64,000 nucleotides of DNA from positions 124,001-188,000 of the forward strand of contig NW_026515668.1 in NCBI RefSeq assembly GCF_025526975.1, in the 5' to 3' direction. Numbering within the stretch: position 1 is the stretch's first letter; each line of letters opens with the position of its first letter. The position numbers and the translations under genes were made by a program. The notes beneath the pieces are model-generated. The model made no database searches. It was not told where the DNA came from and worked only from the letters and a program-made list of their open reading frames with translations. This DNA comes from Fimicolochytrium jonesii (lineage: Eukaryota). Shown one piece after another: positions 22,108 through 31,477 of this stretch.

Positions 22108-24399
22108 CTACTCTTCAATGGCTTTTGATAGGATGTCAATATCGCTCAGTAGGAACTTATCACGTCCTCCATGTTTGTCCCCCTCCTCTTCCTTCAACCG
22201 GATCCCGTAAAACCCGGTTGTTTGGACCCCGTCGATTCGTCGGTTCGTACCAAAGGAGACGGCAGGGTACGCGTGAAGCAGGAAAGCCTTGAAATCCTGG
22301 GTCCGCGGTGAGCATTTGCGCCATACTGGATGCTGTTTTGTCCAATTTTGGAGGCACGCCATAGCCATGCATTGTCGCATTTTGGCGCCTTCTTCAATAG
22401 CGCACATTTCTTTTACAAAAGTTCGATACGGATGCACTCTTGTGACTAAATCTGCAGTCGCTGAAATCACTGACGCGGGCTTGCTCAGTAATGGATATTC
22501 TTCCGTTTGAAGATGATCGTGATGCAAAGAAACCATGAGTGCCATCATGGCACTCGCTAAGTCCCGGTCTTCGTTGTTGATGAGCCGGTCGAGTTCACCG
22601 TCCTTGTAATATACATGTTGACTCGGATCTTCATGTTCATGAGCGCTGACGAACTTCGATTTGCAAGGTATTACAACCAACTTGTCCGTAATATCTCTGT
22701 GATCGTTGTCGTAGAGTCCACAATCGAAATATGGAAGATGATTTGTAGCGAGAACAACCAATCCCGTTATCGTAAGTTCTTCATTCTTGCCATAAGCCCT
22801 CCTAACGTACGCAGAATCTCCTCCGACAGCCATTTTGACGGCCGAGCCGGAATACAAATCCTTCTCATCCCCTTCAGAAAACCAAGTGATAAGTGTTGAT
22901 TTTTGCCCCATTTTCCAGTGAATGTCAGACGGCTTATTTCCGTTCCCCGGTTTGCTTTGTAGGCTGCTGGCGGTCGCTCCCAGAAACCGATAACATGTCA
23001 TAAGTTTCATCAATCTTCCAACCAAACTTTTGCCATTGGAACTTGGACCGTAAAGTATAAGCAGTTCACGAAGACCGCGTCTGCTTCCCAGGATGGTACT
23101 GAGATTGGTGAGCCCGAAGAAACGATCGGAGGAATCAGGCCACATTTTGCAAAAGGCATCCCACAAGTACCGCTGTTTGGGATACTTCTCGGGATCCCAC
23201 TCAACAAGATCATAGTCAAACGCTTCAATATCGCCGTCTTCATCGGTGCGCTCCCGATATTCACCGACTTTTCGGTCGTAAACAAGGCCGTTTCTGAAAG
23301 CGATCAGATGGCTGTTGTCCACAGGAGGCTTGGCGTCCTCAGCCTCCCTCCATCGCAATCGTCCGAATATGATGTCGACAACCTTCTTGGCTCCTTTACC
23401 AATTTCATGCTTTGCGCCTTCGCTTTGATTCTTGTCGGTGGTATTAAAACAATCGAATAATACTTGACCAACGTACGCGGTGAAGGCTGTTTTGTCGAAG
23501 TGGGTGTTTGTGCGCGTCGCAGGATTCCATCGTACGAAGCCTTTGGTGTCGTTCAATCGAATGAGATGCCCATAAAACCGTTCGAAGAACTCGGCGGCAG
23601 GGGTTACCCATTGACCCTTTTTCTTTTTGTCCTCTGTTGATTTCGGGTTTATGTGTGCTATCAAAGCATGGCCAAATTCCCAAAACGAAACACGGATAGT
23701 GCACGGTTTGCATTGACACTGGAACATATCATGAGTCGATCCTGCCTTCTGCGAAGAAGCCAGATCTTCATGAGAAACAAGCGCGGTGCTGCCATCGATA
23801 GATTTGTGACGTTCCTGGGGGTCATCATTGTTGGCGGCGATTTGGTTGTTGTCAATCTGGATCTCTTCGTTTTCATTGACTTTCATCTGCAATCTAGGGA
23901 TATCGGGCGGGTTGACACTCGGAGTGCCCGGAAGGATTCGGTCAGGCACATCGTCCAGACGTACCTGGGGATGATCGTTATTGACATCGGTTTGGTTGTC
24001 AATCATGACGTTTTCATTTTGATTGACATCCATCTGCAAGCCAACGAGACCGGGCTTGTTGATCGTCGGAGTGTTTTGAGTCGAAGGAGAATCCAATGGC
24101 TCGATGCTCAAATTCATAGGATCGATATCGAAAATATTGTCCAAGTCCAACGCAACTGGGAAGTCGATATGGTCTTCATTGCAATTCACTTCGTTATTGA
24201 TCACATTTAAAGACCCCGGTTCAGCCCTTTGGACGGTACGTTTGGCTTTTTTGATGCGCTTCGGAGCCAATTCCATGGTGTTTTGGCGTTTTTGCATGTT
24301 GAGAACGTGCGTTGGTTGAAAGTTATGGCGAAAGCGGTTGTGTGCAATAGTTGTTAAGAGTGAGGAACTGTTTGAAATTTTTTGAAGGGAAACAAACAT
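22108..24399 (-). CDS. Second D5-like SF3 helicase without a recognisable primase domain
   Basis: IAFRNGLVYD (D5_N), Walker A GPSSNGKS, WFSE, KMAVGGDSAYVRRAY, LATNHLP. True start may be a downstream Met. Confidence 0.85.
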   Translation of the reverse strand: MFVSLQKISNSSSLLTTIAHNRFRHNFQPTHVLNMQKRQNTMELAPKRIKKAKRTVQRAEPGSLNVINNEVNCNEDHIDFPVALDLDNIFDIDPMNLSIEPLDSPSTQNTPTINKPGLVGLQMDVNQNENVMIDNQTDVNNDHPQVRLDDVPDRILPGTPSVNPPDIPRLQMKVNENEEIQIDNNQIAANNDDPQERHKSIDGSTALVSHEDLASSQKAGSTHDMFQCQCKPCTIRVSFWEFGHALIAHINPKSTEDKKKKGQWVTPAAEFFERFYGHLIRLNDTKGFVRWNPATRTNTHFDKTAFTAYVGQVLFDCFNTTDKNQSEGAKHEIGKGAKKVVDIIFGRLRWREAEDAKPPVDNSHLIAFRNGLVYDRKVGEYRERTDEDGDIEAFDYDLVEWDPEKYPKQRYLWDAFCKMWPDSSDRFFGLTNLSTILGSRRGLRELLILYGPSSNGKSLVGRLMKLMTCYRFLGATASSLQSKPGNGNKPSDIHWKMGQKSTLITWFSEGDEKDLYSGSAVKMAVGGDSAYVRRAYGKNEELTITGLVVLATNHLPYFDCGLYDNDHRDITDKLVVIPCKSKFVSAHEHEDPSQHVYYKDGELDRLINNEDRDLASAMMALMVSLHHDHLQTEEYPLLSKPASVISATADLVTRVHPYRTFVKEMCAIEEGAKMRQCMAMACLQNWTKQHPVWRKCSPRTQDFKAFLLHAYPAVSFGTNRRIDGVQTTGFYGIRLKEEEGDKHGGRDKFLLSDIDILSKAIEE

Positions 24400-24531
24400 T
24401 TTTTTACCCTTTTATATTTTTTCGTGGCGGTTTTCCTTTCCGCAAACGGGAAAGAACAACATCCGCAACCTCACCTAACTGTAAAGTAAATGATATCAAC
24501 ATGTAGAAACAGTACCCAGGTGGTAACCGAC

Positions 24532-24845
24532 AGGAAACACCCCCGCGGGTGTTGGAAAACGGGAGGTAAAAAACACCCCCGCTTGCTCTGCTCAGTTATG
24601 GAAAGAAAACACCCACCGTTTTTTGTTTCGAGAAGAGTCAAATCACCCCCTCTTGGGGGTGATTTGTTTCTGTACCATTTTTACTCACTCCTCATGTGGG
24701 TGAATGCTTAATTTTAGTAACCTTGCCGCGGGGGTGGTTTCGGCTGAATAGACGGCGCAGGTGTGGGCGATTCTGCATGATCATACTCGGGGAAGTGGGG
24801 GTGGTTCTGTACTGATTAAAGTTTTGTTTGGGGGTGGGTGTTTTC
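24532..24845. repeat. Symmetric array of AAA(C/T)(A/C)CCCC motifs around a 12-bp hairpin
   Basis: Forward copies at ~24535, 24570 and 24606. Hairpin CAAATCACCCCC-TCTT-GGGGGTGATTTG at 24639-24666. Inverted copies at ~24730, 24797 and 24831. Confidence 0.7.
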
Positions 24846-24966
24846 TTGAATCCTGATGAAATCGGAGTTCCACCTGTAAGTATTCGCGCGCGATGACATA
24901 AACATGCGTTTAAGATCGATATTAGCGCTGTGATTAAATTTCTTTTTTAAAGAGTAAAAACGAGTA

Positions 24967-26119
24967 ATGGTTTATGCACAACCAAAGAACGACACAGCAA
25001 TGAACATTGAACTAGCAAAGAAACTTATCAACCGTTATGCCGATACCGTCCAACAAAAGAATGGACGGATAGGATTGGCTGCGAGTAGTCGAAAAACGTA
25101 CCTCTCTGCCTGTAATGCACTTGAAGCATACGGGACTCTTGATCCGAACGTTCTATCATCGCCAACCGATGTCATGAAAATCTTGAAAAAGAATTACCCC
25201 AAAGAGTGGAGCGAATTGTACAAAGGTGTTGTCTGCTATGTTCAAAATTATGACAAACGAGGAAAAAATAGGATTGTACGATTGGCTTTCGTCTAGCCTC
25301 TACGGTGAAACTGCAAAGAAACGATTCCTAGATGCGTGCACAATGGACAAACTTACGCATATTGACGAAATGGGAGGTTTCTATCTCAAGATCAATAGCG
25401 ATCGTTGTAAAGAGATACAAGCCCGCGATCTCGTAATGGATAAAGAATATGAAACGAAGCGCTTCATTGAAAAAGACCCTTTAATCAACGCTCTTTACGA
25501 GAAATTGGATCAACTTAAAGAAAAGGCGGTCAAAGACCCTTATAAGTATGGTTTGTTGCTTGGAGCGGCTTGTTTCGTTGGGTCGGATGTTATTCAAAGA
25601 GCGGACATTGGCCAAGCAAAGTTTATGCACATTTCCGAAGCGGATAATGTTACATTTGATACGGAAACCCATACCTTTCTTATAAAAATATGTAATAGGA
25701 ATAAGGGGGACACCGATGTTCTTATTACGGTTATCGATGACATTGTCAAAAGGCACATTGATAATCTGGTTGATATTCGTAAGGCCAAAGGACAGAGTAA
25801 ATTGTTTGAAAAAGCGCGAAACGCAGGTAAACCCTATGAAGGCGGAGGTTTTGGAAGGGCTATGAAGATCGCTTGTAAACAACATATCGGAAAAGAACTC
25901 GGAGTCAATGAACTTAGAAAAATCGTAGTGATTGACTCGATCAAATTGGATAACGGAGATCCTAGGGTCCAAAAAGAGTTTGCGAAAAAGCATGGTCATT
26001 CCTATGCAACACGACAAGTGTATTATAACCTTCACAGGGAGAACGAAGGCTCATCTAATGATTATGCGATGGATATCGACGATCTTAATGACGATTTAAA
26101 TCTAGATGACAAGTTTTGA
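24967..26119 (+). pseudogene. Tyrosine recombinase (YR), split by one frameshift near 25200
   Basis: ORFs 24967-25296 and 25226-26119 overlap in adjacent frames. C-terminal catalytic pattern: QRAD (R), RNK (K), VNELRK (H-x-x-R position), HGHS, VYY (Y). Confidence 0.75.
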
Positions 26120-26126
26120 AAACCTA

Positions 26127-27365
26127 TTATCCATTTTGCTCTTCATACTCGGCTATGGCCTCCCGTGCATTTTCGAGATTCCCTTCATCTTCCCAAGTTG
26201 ATTGGGACGCATCATAACCACTCCATAGAACCTTGTACTGCTTTATCCTTCTGTTGCCTCTACGTACTACTCTTGAATCAAGTATTGAATCAATTTCGTA
26301 TTCGTCGTTTTCATTTGGATCTGGCTGGGAAGCGATGTTTGGTACGGTGACAGTTCCATCAGGAACCAAGCGAAGATCGTTAGCAGATGTTAAACCGGGA
26401 AGTCTTGTTCCATCCATTCGGTTTAATCTATACGATGAAACATAACCTGCATAGTTACTTTGCACTTTCCCATCAATTCTATAAGTTTGTGACGAGAAAT
26501 ATCCCACCTTTGCGCGCCTTTTGATACCACTCGGTAACGGTATTATCTTTCTTACAACATCTCCCACTTTAAATTCGTTCAAAACTGTTGATTTCACTCC
26601 TTTCAATTTCTTGTTCCGTATGCGATCAAATATGGCTTCATGTTCATCTTGTAAGATTTCGTTTGAAGCCTTCCCTGTCGCATACGTTTTCGTGTTGTTT
26701 AAATTATCTATGAGTTTTTGAAGATAATTTGGCCAATCCCGTTTTCCGAATTGGATCGAGGAATAGATCAGATTTTTTATATTTTTGTTAACGGATTCTA
26801 TCTGTCCTTGTCCTTGCGGGACACCGGGTTGTCCGAACTTCCACTCCACGTTATTCGAGTCAGCCCACTCTTGCACCAGACCTTGAAATTCCGTACCTAC
26901 ATCGGATGTGAAACTTACTAATACAGCGCCATCCCGTTTCATTGTTTCTAGAAACTTGACAACAGTGGCTTGATCTTGTGTCTTCATTGCCATACTGTAC
27001 ACTTTTTTGGTGAGAATGTCTGAAGCGTTGACAGAATACTTATATCCATTGTATGCTACGGACAGCAAGTTTATACAATCGATCTGGTAGTTTCCTTCTT
27101 TTCTGGCCAAAATCGGTTTTATCGAGCCTCGGGATCCCATAACTTTTGTGCTCCTCTGCCAAATCTCTTGCTTCTTGAGAAAGTCGTTAAGAAGGGTTCT
27201 TTGCGAAATCCTACTATTTGGAAACGCTTTTCTATATGCATACCACAATTTGTCTCGTCCTAGAAAGTTTTGATTCTGATAATAAAACGTAGTGAGGTTC
27301 CGGAGATCCTCGGCAGTGATGGGGTCATATCGAAGAGAGGAGGTTCCTGTGTTGTCGGAGTCCAT
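26127..27365 (-). CDS. Retroviral-like (RVE) DDE integrase with C-terminal chromodomain (412 aa)
   Basis: YQID...SDVGTEF...QGQIESVNKNIK catalytic D-D-E. Chromodomain EYEIDSILDSR...YKVLWSGYDASQSTWEDEGNL. Confidence 0.93.
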   Translation of the reverse strand: MDSDNTGTSSLRYDPITAEDLRNLTTFYYQNQNFLGRDKLWYAYRKAFPNSRISQRTLLNDFLKKQEIWQRSTKVMGSRGSIKPILARKEGNYQIDCINLLSVAYNGYKYSVNASDILTKKVYSMAMKTQDQATVVKFLETMKRDGAVLVSFTSDVGTEFQGLVQEWADSNNVEWKFGQPGVPQGQGQIESVNKNIKNLIYSSIQFGKRDWPNYLQKLIDNLNNTKTYATGKASNEILQDEHEAIFDRIRNKKLKGVKSTVLNEFKVGDVVRKIIPLPSGIKRRAKVGYFSSQTYRIDGKVQSNYAGYVSSYRLNRMDGTRLPGLTSANDLRLVPDGTVTVPNIASQPDPNENDEYEIDSILDSRVVRRGNRRIKQYKVLWSGYDASQSTWEDEGNLENAREAIAEYEEQNG

Positions 27366-27642
27366 CTTTGTTTATCAATTGACCACAAATTAATGTTGTG
27401 GCCAATTTTTGTCATTTTTGGGTGAAGTTGATAAAACACCTGGGCCTGTTTCTTGGGCTTGATGCAGTCAATTAAGAAGTCAAACTGTATAGGTAAAGCC
27501 CGAATCAACCTGAAAAAGCACAACCCAAATATTAAAATGGCACTAATTGTTCAGGAGTTTGGTCGCGCGGAAGATGTCTTTGTTGCTTAACTTGCAGGAA
27601 AACAGTTTTACGTCATATTTAGGACGGAAATCTTGGAAACTT

Positions 27643-27864
27643 TCAAGCGGCCTTTTTTCTTCTTGGAGTTTGAACTGGAACCTGCTTGTCCAAATGCGAC
27701 TGAACGATATTCACAACTATTTCTTCCTTACATTGCTGTAAAGTTCTCGTCCTTACGTCCTCCGGCATGTCTAACCAAAGCCTATCCTGTGATAGGTCTT
27801 CCAGAAGTTTGTCAAAAGATTCTTTGGTCAGCGAATTTGGCAAATAGAAAATGTTATCAACCAT
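27643..27864 (-). CDS. Small hypothetical viral protein
   Basis: ORF between the integrase and ATPase on the same strand. MVDNIF start preceded by an AGTATA motif, basic C-terminus PRRKK. Confidence 0.45.
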   Translation of the reverse strand: MVDNIFYLPNSLTKESFDKLLEDLSQDRLWLDMPEDVRTRTLQQCKEEIVVNIVQSHLDKQVPVQTPRRKKAA

Positions 27865-27893
27865 TCTATACTTTAAGTACACGAAATTTTTCT

Positions 27894-28628
27894 TTAATGC
27901 GTTTCTGGTTGCAATTCTTTAAAGACTCCTTCGTTTGTCGGGCTTTTCAAATCGACGTAGAGCGCATGATAAGGTTTGACAGTATATTTCTCTGCTAAAT
28001 TTACAAACTCCGATTCTGACAAATGACAGCGAATCTCACCCGCAATCTTCTCGTACTGTTTCTGATTAAGTCGATACAAAATCCAATGGGTGGAATTCAC
28101 TCGTTGTAAAGGAGTGAGTTGTTTCGTGTCATGCAGGCTGCATAAAAGACTCCCCCCTGCGTGTCGAAAGCGGGAGTAAAGTAAGTCTAACATCTGTCGG
28201 ATGCCGCTCGATATCAGTTCAGGTTCTTTAGGCTCCTTTCCGATTGCGGGGCCATTTTCTTTTGCGAGAATTCCGAAATCATCGAGGATAAGAAGAAGGT
28301 GATTTTTGGATTTGTCTTGTTTATAAAGAAGTTTCTGCTTCTCGAAAAGGTTGTTCAGAATGTAATTCGATACTACGCTGGACATGTATACATTATCGCA
28401 TTTCTTCAAACTGGTCCATTCCGGCGAGTCAGCGCTTGGAGAGAAAACCACAACATTTTCATACGCTTTTGCACAATTCTGGATGAGATTGATAATACAA
28501 GTAGTTTTCCCTGCTCTTGAACTCCCGACTAGAGTCAAAGTGAAGAATTTCTTCGGATAGTCATCGGGCGTTTTGTCCTTTAGGTGTATCTGATATTCGG
28601 AAGGAATTTTCGGTTTAGCAATTCTCAT
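27894..28628 (-). CDS. A32-like (FtsK/HerA family) genome packaging ATPase
   Basis: Walker A GSSRAGKT, Walker B LLILDD, SRFRH motif and LTPLQRVN. Adjacent to capsid genes. Confidence 0.9.
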   Translation of the reverse strand: MRIAKPKIPSEYQIHLKDKTPDDYPKKFFTLTLVGSSRAGKTTCIINLIQNCAKAYENVVVFSPSADSPEWTSLKKCDNVYMSSVVSNYILNNLFEKQKLLYKQDKSKNHLLLILDDFGILAKENGPAIGKEPKEPELISSGIRQMLDLLYSRFRHAGGSLLCSLHDTKQLTPLQRVNSTHWILYRLNQKQYEKIAGEIRCHLSESEFVNLAEKYTVKPYHALYVDLKSPTNEGVFKELQPETH

Positions 28629-28683
28629 ATTTAGCGCACTCGTAAAATTAATCTCTTTACATTATACAAAAGATAAGAAATCG

Positions 28684-29433
28684 ATGTTTCGAGAGATTAT
28701 CCTCAATTCTGGTACGTTACCAGATATGAATAATTGTACATTTCGTCTTCAAAATACCGTCCCGTGCTATGCATGGAGACTGATTTCGGTATCTCTACTG
28801 CAGTCATGGAGTGCGACATCGGATTTCAACAACGCAGTTGTTTTTGCAGAGTCAGGATCTACGACTTTAAGAAAAGCAACTTTGCCCGAAGGGACCTATG
28901 ACTCAACAAACATTTTGAGTGCTCTTGGAAGCGCAATGACTGCAGCGGGGTCGCAGCCATACAGTGTTTCTTACGATGGAGTGACTCGACGACTAACTGT
29001 TTCAACCTCTGGAAGTAAAACGTTCAAGATCCTTGGAGGATCCCGTGGTTCAAGCGCTTTTCTGCAACTTGGGATCGATAAAGTCAATGAAACCGGATAT
29101 GGATCAAGTATAACATTTCCAAACACACTCAATCTATCCGCATCACAACCAATTCTAATAACTTCAAGGACTCTACAGACAAATGGAGCGATTCTTTATC
29201 CGGCTGGTATCGACTCGGGCATCAATACCTTAGCGGCGATAAATCCTGATTCGTATGGAGATATCTTGACATGGGTCAACCCGAGTGACAACTTTCATCG
29301 AGCCGAAGATCTCACACTCAATCAAATTGACTTCCAGATTGTAGATAGCGCATCGTTGCAAATTGTGAGAACATCCGCCCCAATAACAATTCATCTGGGA
29401 ATTTTAGACGACCCTAGTGATCTCGTTGTATAA
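28684..29433 (+). CDS. Minor capsid (penton) protein, putative single jelly-roll
   Basis: Begins I-x-L-N-S, carries the LPEGTYDSTNILSAL motif typical of PLV/virophage pentons, beta-rich. Lies between ATPase and MCP. Confidence 0.75.
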   Translation: MFREIILNSGTLPDMNNCTFRLQNTVPCYAWRLISVSLLQSWSATSDFNNAVVFAESGSTTLRKATLPEGTYDSTNILSALGSAMTAAGSQPYSVSYDGVTRRLTVSTSGSKTFKILGGSRGSSAFLQLGIDKVNETGYGSSITFPNTLNLSASQPILITSRTLQTNGAILYPAGIDSGINTLAAINPDSYGDILTWVNPSDNFHRAEDLTLNQIDFQIVDSASLQIVRTSAPITIHLGILDDPSDLVV

Positions 29434-29474
29434 CGAATTGTTTTTCTCTTCTGTACAGTAAAACATTGAACAAA

Positions 29475-29945
29475 ATGTCAGAAAACGAAAGCGTATCTAC
29501 TGAAAACCCTTCTGTACAGGAAGAAAAACCAATTGTTGACGACCCGATCACCGAGGCTGTTATTGAAAAGGTGAAGGTCAAAAAACCGCGATCTGAAAAG
29601 CAGATCGAAGCAATGCGTCGAGCGCAAGAGAAACGTACCGAGAACTTGAAGAAGATGAAGGAAATCAAAGCGAAAGTAGATAAAGAGCAGGAAAAGGAGC
29701 AAGAGAAACGGGCAAAAGAATCTAAAAAAGACGAAGCAAGAAAGATAATTGAGAAATATGAAGCGGAAAAAAAGAAAATTGCTGAACAAAAGCGACAAGA
29801 GCGTATAGCGAAAATCAATCGAATGCCGAAAGCGCTTCAACCTGCTGCGTACAAAGACGACTCTGTTGAGCAAAACACGTTTGTAGAATTTGATCCTCCC
29901 GAAGCAGATGATGACCCGTATATGGGAATCTTTGGTGGGCGTTGA
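29475..29945 (+). CDS. Charged coiled-coil hypothetical viral protein
   Basis: K/E-rich ORF with KKPRSEKQIEAMRRAQEKR inside the structural cluster. Confidence 0.75.
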   Translation: MSENESVSTENPSVQEEKPIVDDPITEAVIEKVKVKKPRSEKQIEAMRRAQEKRTENLKKMKEIKAKVDKEQEKEQEKRAKESKKDEARKIIEKYEAEKKKIAEQKRQERIAKINRMPKALQPAAYKDDSVEQNTFVEFDPPEADDDPYMGIFGGR

Positions 29946-30000
29946 TGAACCTCGATTATTTTTTTCTAAGAGATAGGTTAAACCATTATAACTTAAAATA

Positions 30001-31224
30001 ATGTCAACAAATCCCGTTGTTCCTTCAAACTGGATCTATAGTAGCAGACAATTTTCGATGCATTCAGACGCTCTCAGCGAAAATATTGCTGTATATCGCA
30101 CAATCAAGGAGACGTTTAGTTCAAAATCACCTGGAAATGCTATAAAAATCGTGGTTGATTCCAATAGTTCCTTTTTGAGACCTCAACGTTCGTATCTATC
30201 GGGAACAATTTCTGTGAAGAACGCGGATGGCAGCCCCGTCACGGATGCGCAGATTTCTCAAATCGGGGCGATGGCTTGCTTCCGAACGATGAACATAAAA
30301 TTTGGCGGAAAAGTTGTAGACGAAATTGAAGATATGCCAAGTTTTGTTGCGGACACTCTCCAGTTTGTGGAGGCAGAGAAACGAAAATACCTAAAATATA
30401 ACGAAGGAGCAGGTAACGCGGATGCGTTCAAAAATCCCAACGGAACTTTCACATTCAAACACCATTTGTTAGCAGGGTCCATGAGAAATTTGAACGGAAA
30501 CCCGATTCCACTAGCGATTTTGCCAAATCAATCGGTGGAATTGACATTTACTTTGAACACACCACAGCAAGCCTTTACAAACGTCGGTTCTGGAGTATAC
30601 TTTGAAGTTTCAAATCTTCGTTATGTAGCACAACTTGTGGTCCCGAGTGCCGCTTATATGTCCGCATTGTGGTCCGGGATAAGGGCTGGTAAGTATCTTG
30701 AAATGGATGTAATAGGCGTTCAACAACTCTCCAATGTATGTAGTGGTGCGTCACAGAACAACTTCATCCTCCCACTTACAAACGGCCGGACTGTCGGATT
30801 AACACATAGGTTTAGAGACGATAATAAATACGCCACTACATCAGGGGACAAAAGTTTGATTTATGATACAGCGAACTTGAAGTCATGGCGTTACCAGATA
30901 GGACAATATAGATTACCTTTGACCGAAGATTTCCAAATAGAAGATACGGTTATGATAGGCAACCTCTCCATGAACGACAACACATCATACGCCTCTGAAG
31001 ACCTGGACCTCGATAACTTTTACAACAAACAGTTCGTAATGCGTTATTCGTGGCAAAGCGCAGATGAAGATTCCAGTAGCGCTTTGAACCTACTCGGAGG
31101 CTCCGGAAACGTACATCTAATTACGACACATAATTTACCCGCCCCTAGTACCGCCGTCGCATTGCAAACAACCGTCTATTCACAACGCACCATCTTGATT
31201 GGAGCAACCGTCGATATCGTATAA
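30001..31224 (+). CDS. Major capsid protein, putative double jelly-roll (407 aa)
   Basis: FLRPQRSYLSGTI and FRTMNIKFGGKVVDEIED resemble PLV MCP N-terminal motifs. Size, beta-rich composition and context next to penton and ATPase agree. Confidence 0.8.
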   Translation: MSTNPVVPSNWIYSSRQFSMHSDALSENIAVYRTIKETFSSKSPGNAIKIVVDSNSSFLRPQRSYLSGTISVKNADGSPVTDAQISQIGAMACFRTMNIKFGGKVVDEIEDMPSFVADTLQFVEAEKRKYLKYNEGAGNADAFKNPNGTFTFKHHLLAGSMRNLNGNPIPLAILPNQSVELTFTLNTPQQAFTNVGSGVYFEVSNLRYVAQLVVPSAAYMSALWSGIRAGKYLEMDVIGVQQLSNVCSGASQNNFILPLTNGRTVGLTHRFRDDNKYATTSGDKSLIYDTANLKSWRYQIGQYRLPLTEDFQIEDTVMIGNLSMNDNTSYASEDLDLDNFYNKQFVMRYSWQSADEDSSSALNLLGGSGNVHLITTHNLPAPSTAVALQTTVYSQRTILIGATVDIV

Positions 31225-31251
31225 AATTTTTTAATCATATAGTAGAAACCA

Positions 31252-31389
31252 ATGCCGAGAAAACAAAAGGTTTTGAAACCAGTTCGCATACATGACAGAA
31301 CTAAATCTGGAAAACCGAAAAAAGGTGTAATCCCTCCACAACTGCTTCCATTTATCCTTGCTCGACGAGCCGGGAAGAAGATCGTTTGA
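31252..31389 (+). CDS. 45-aa highly basic peptide, candidate DNA-condensing core protein (not in ORF track)
   Basis: MPRKQKVLKPVRIHDRTKSGKPKKGVIPPQLLPFILARRAGKKIV*, directly after MCP and preceded by AGTAGA. Confidence 0.6.
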   Translation: MPRKQKVLKPVRIHDRTKSGKPKKGVIPPQLLPFILARRAGKKIV

Positions 31390-31477
31390 AACTTATGCGC
31401 TTTTGTACATTTCAGAATCCTCTATGATTCTCAAATATTACAATTATAATCTTCTATACAATTATGATCTTTTTATC

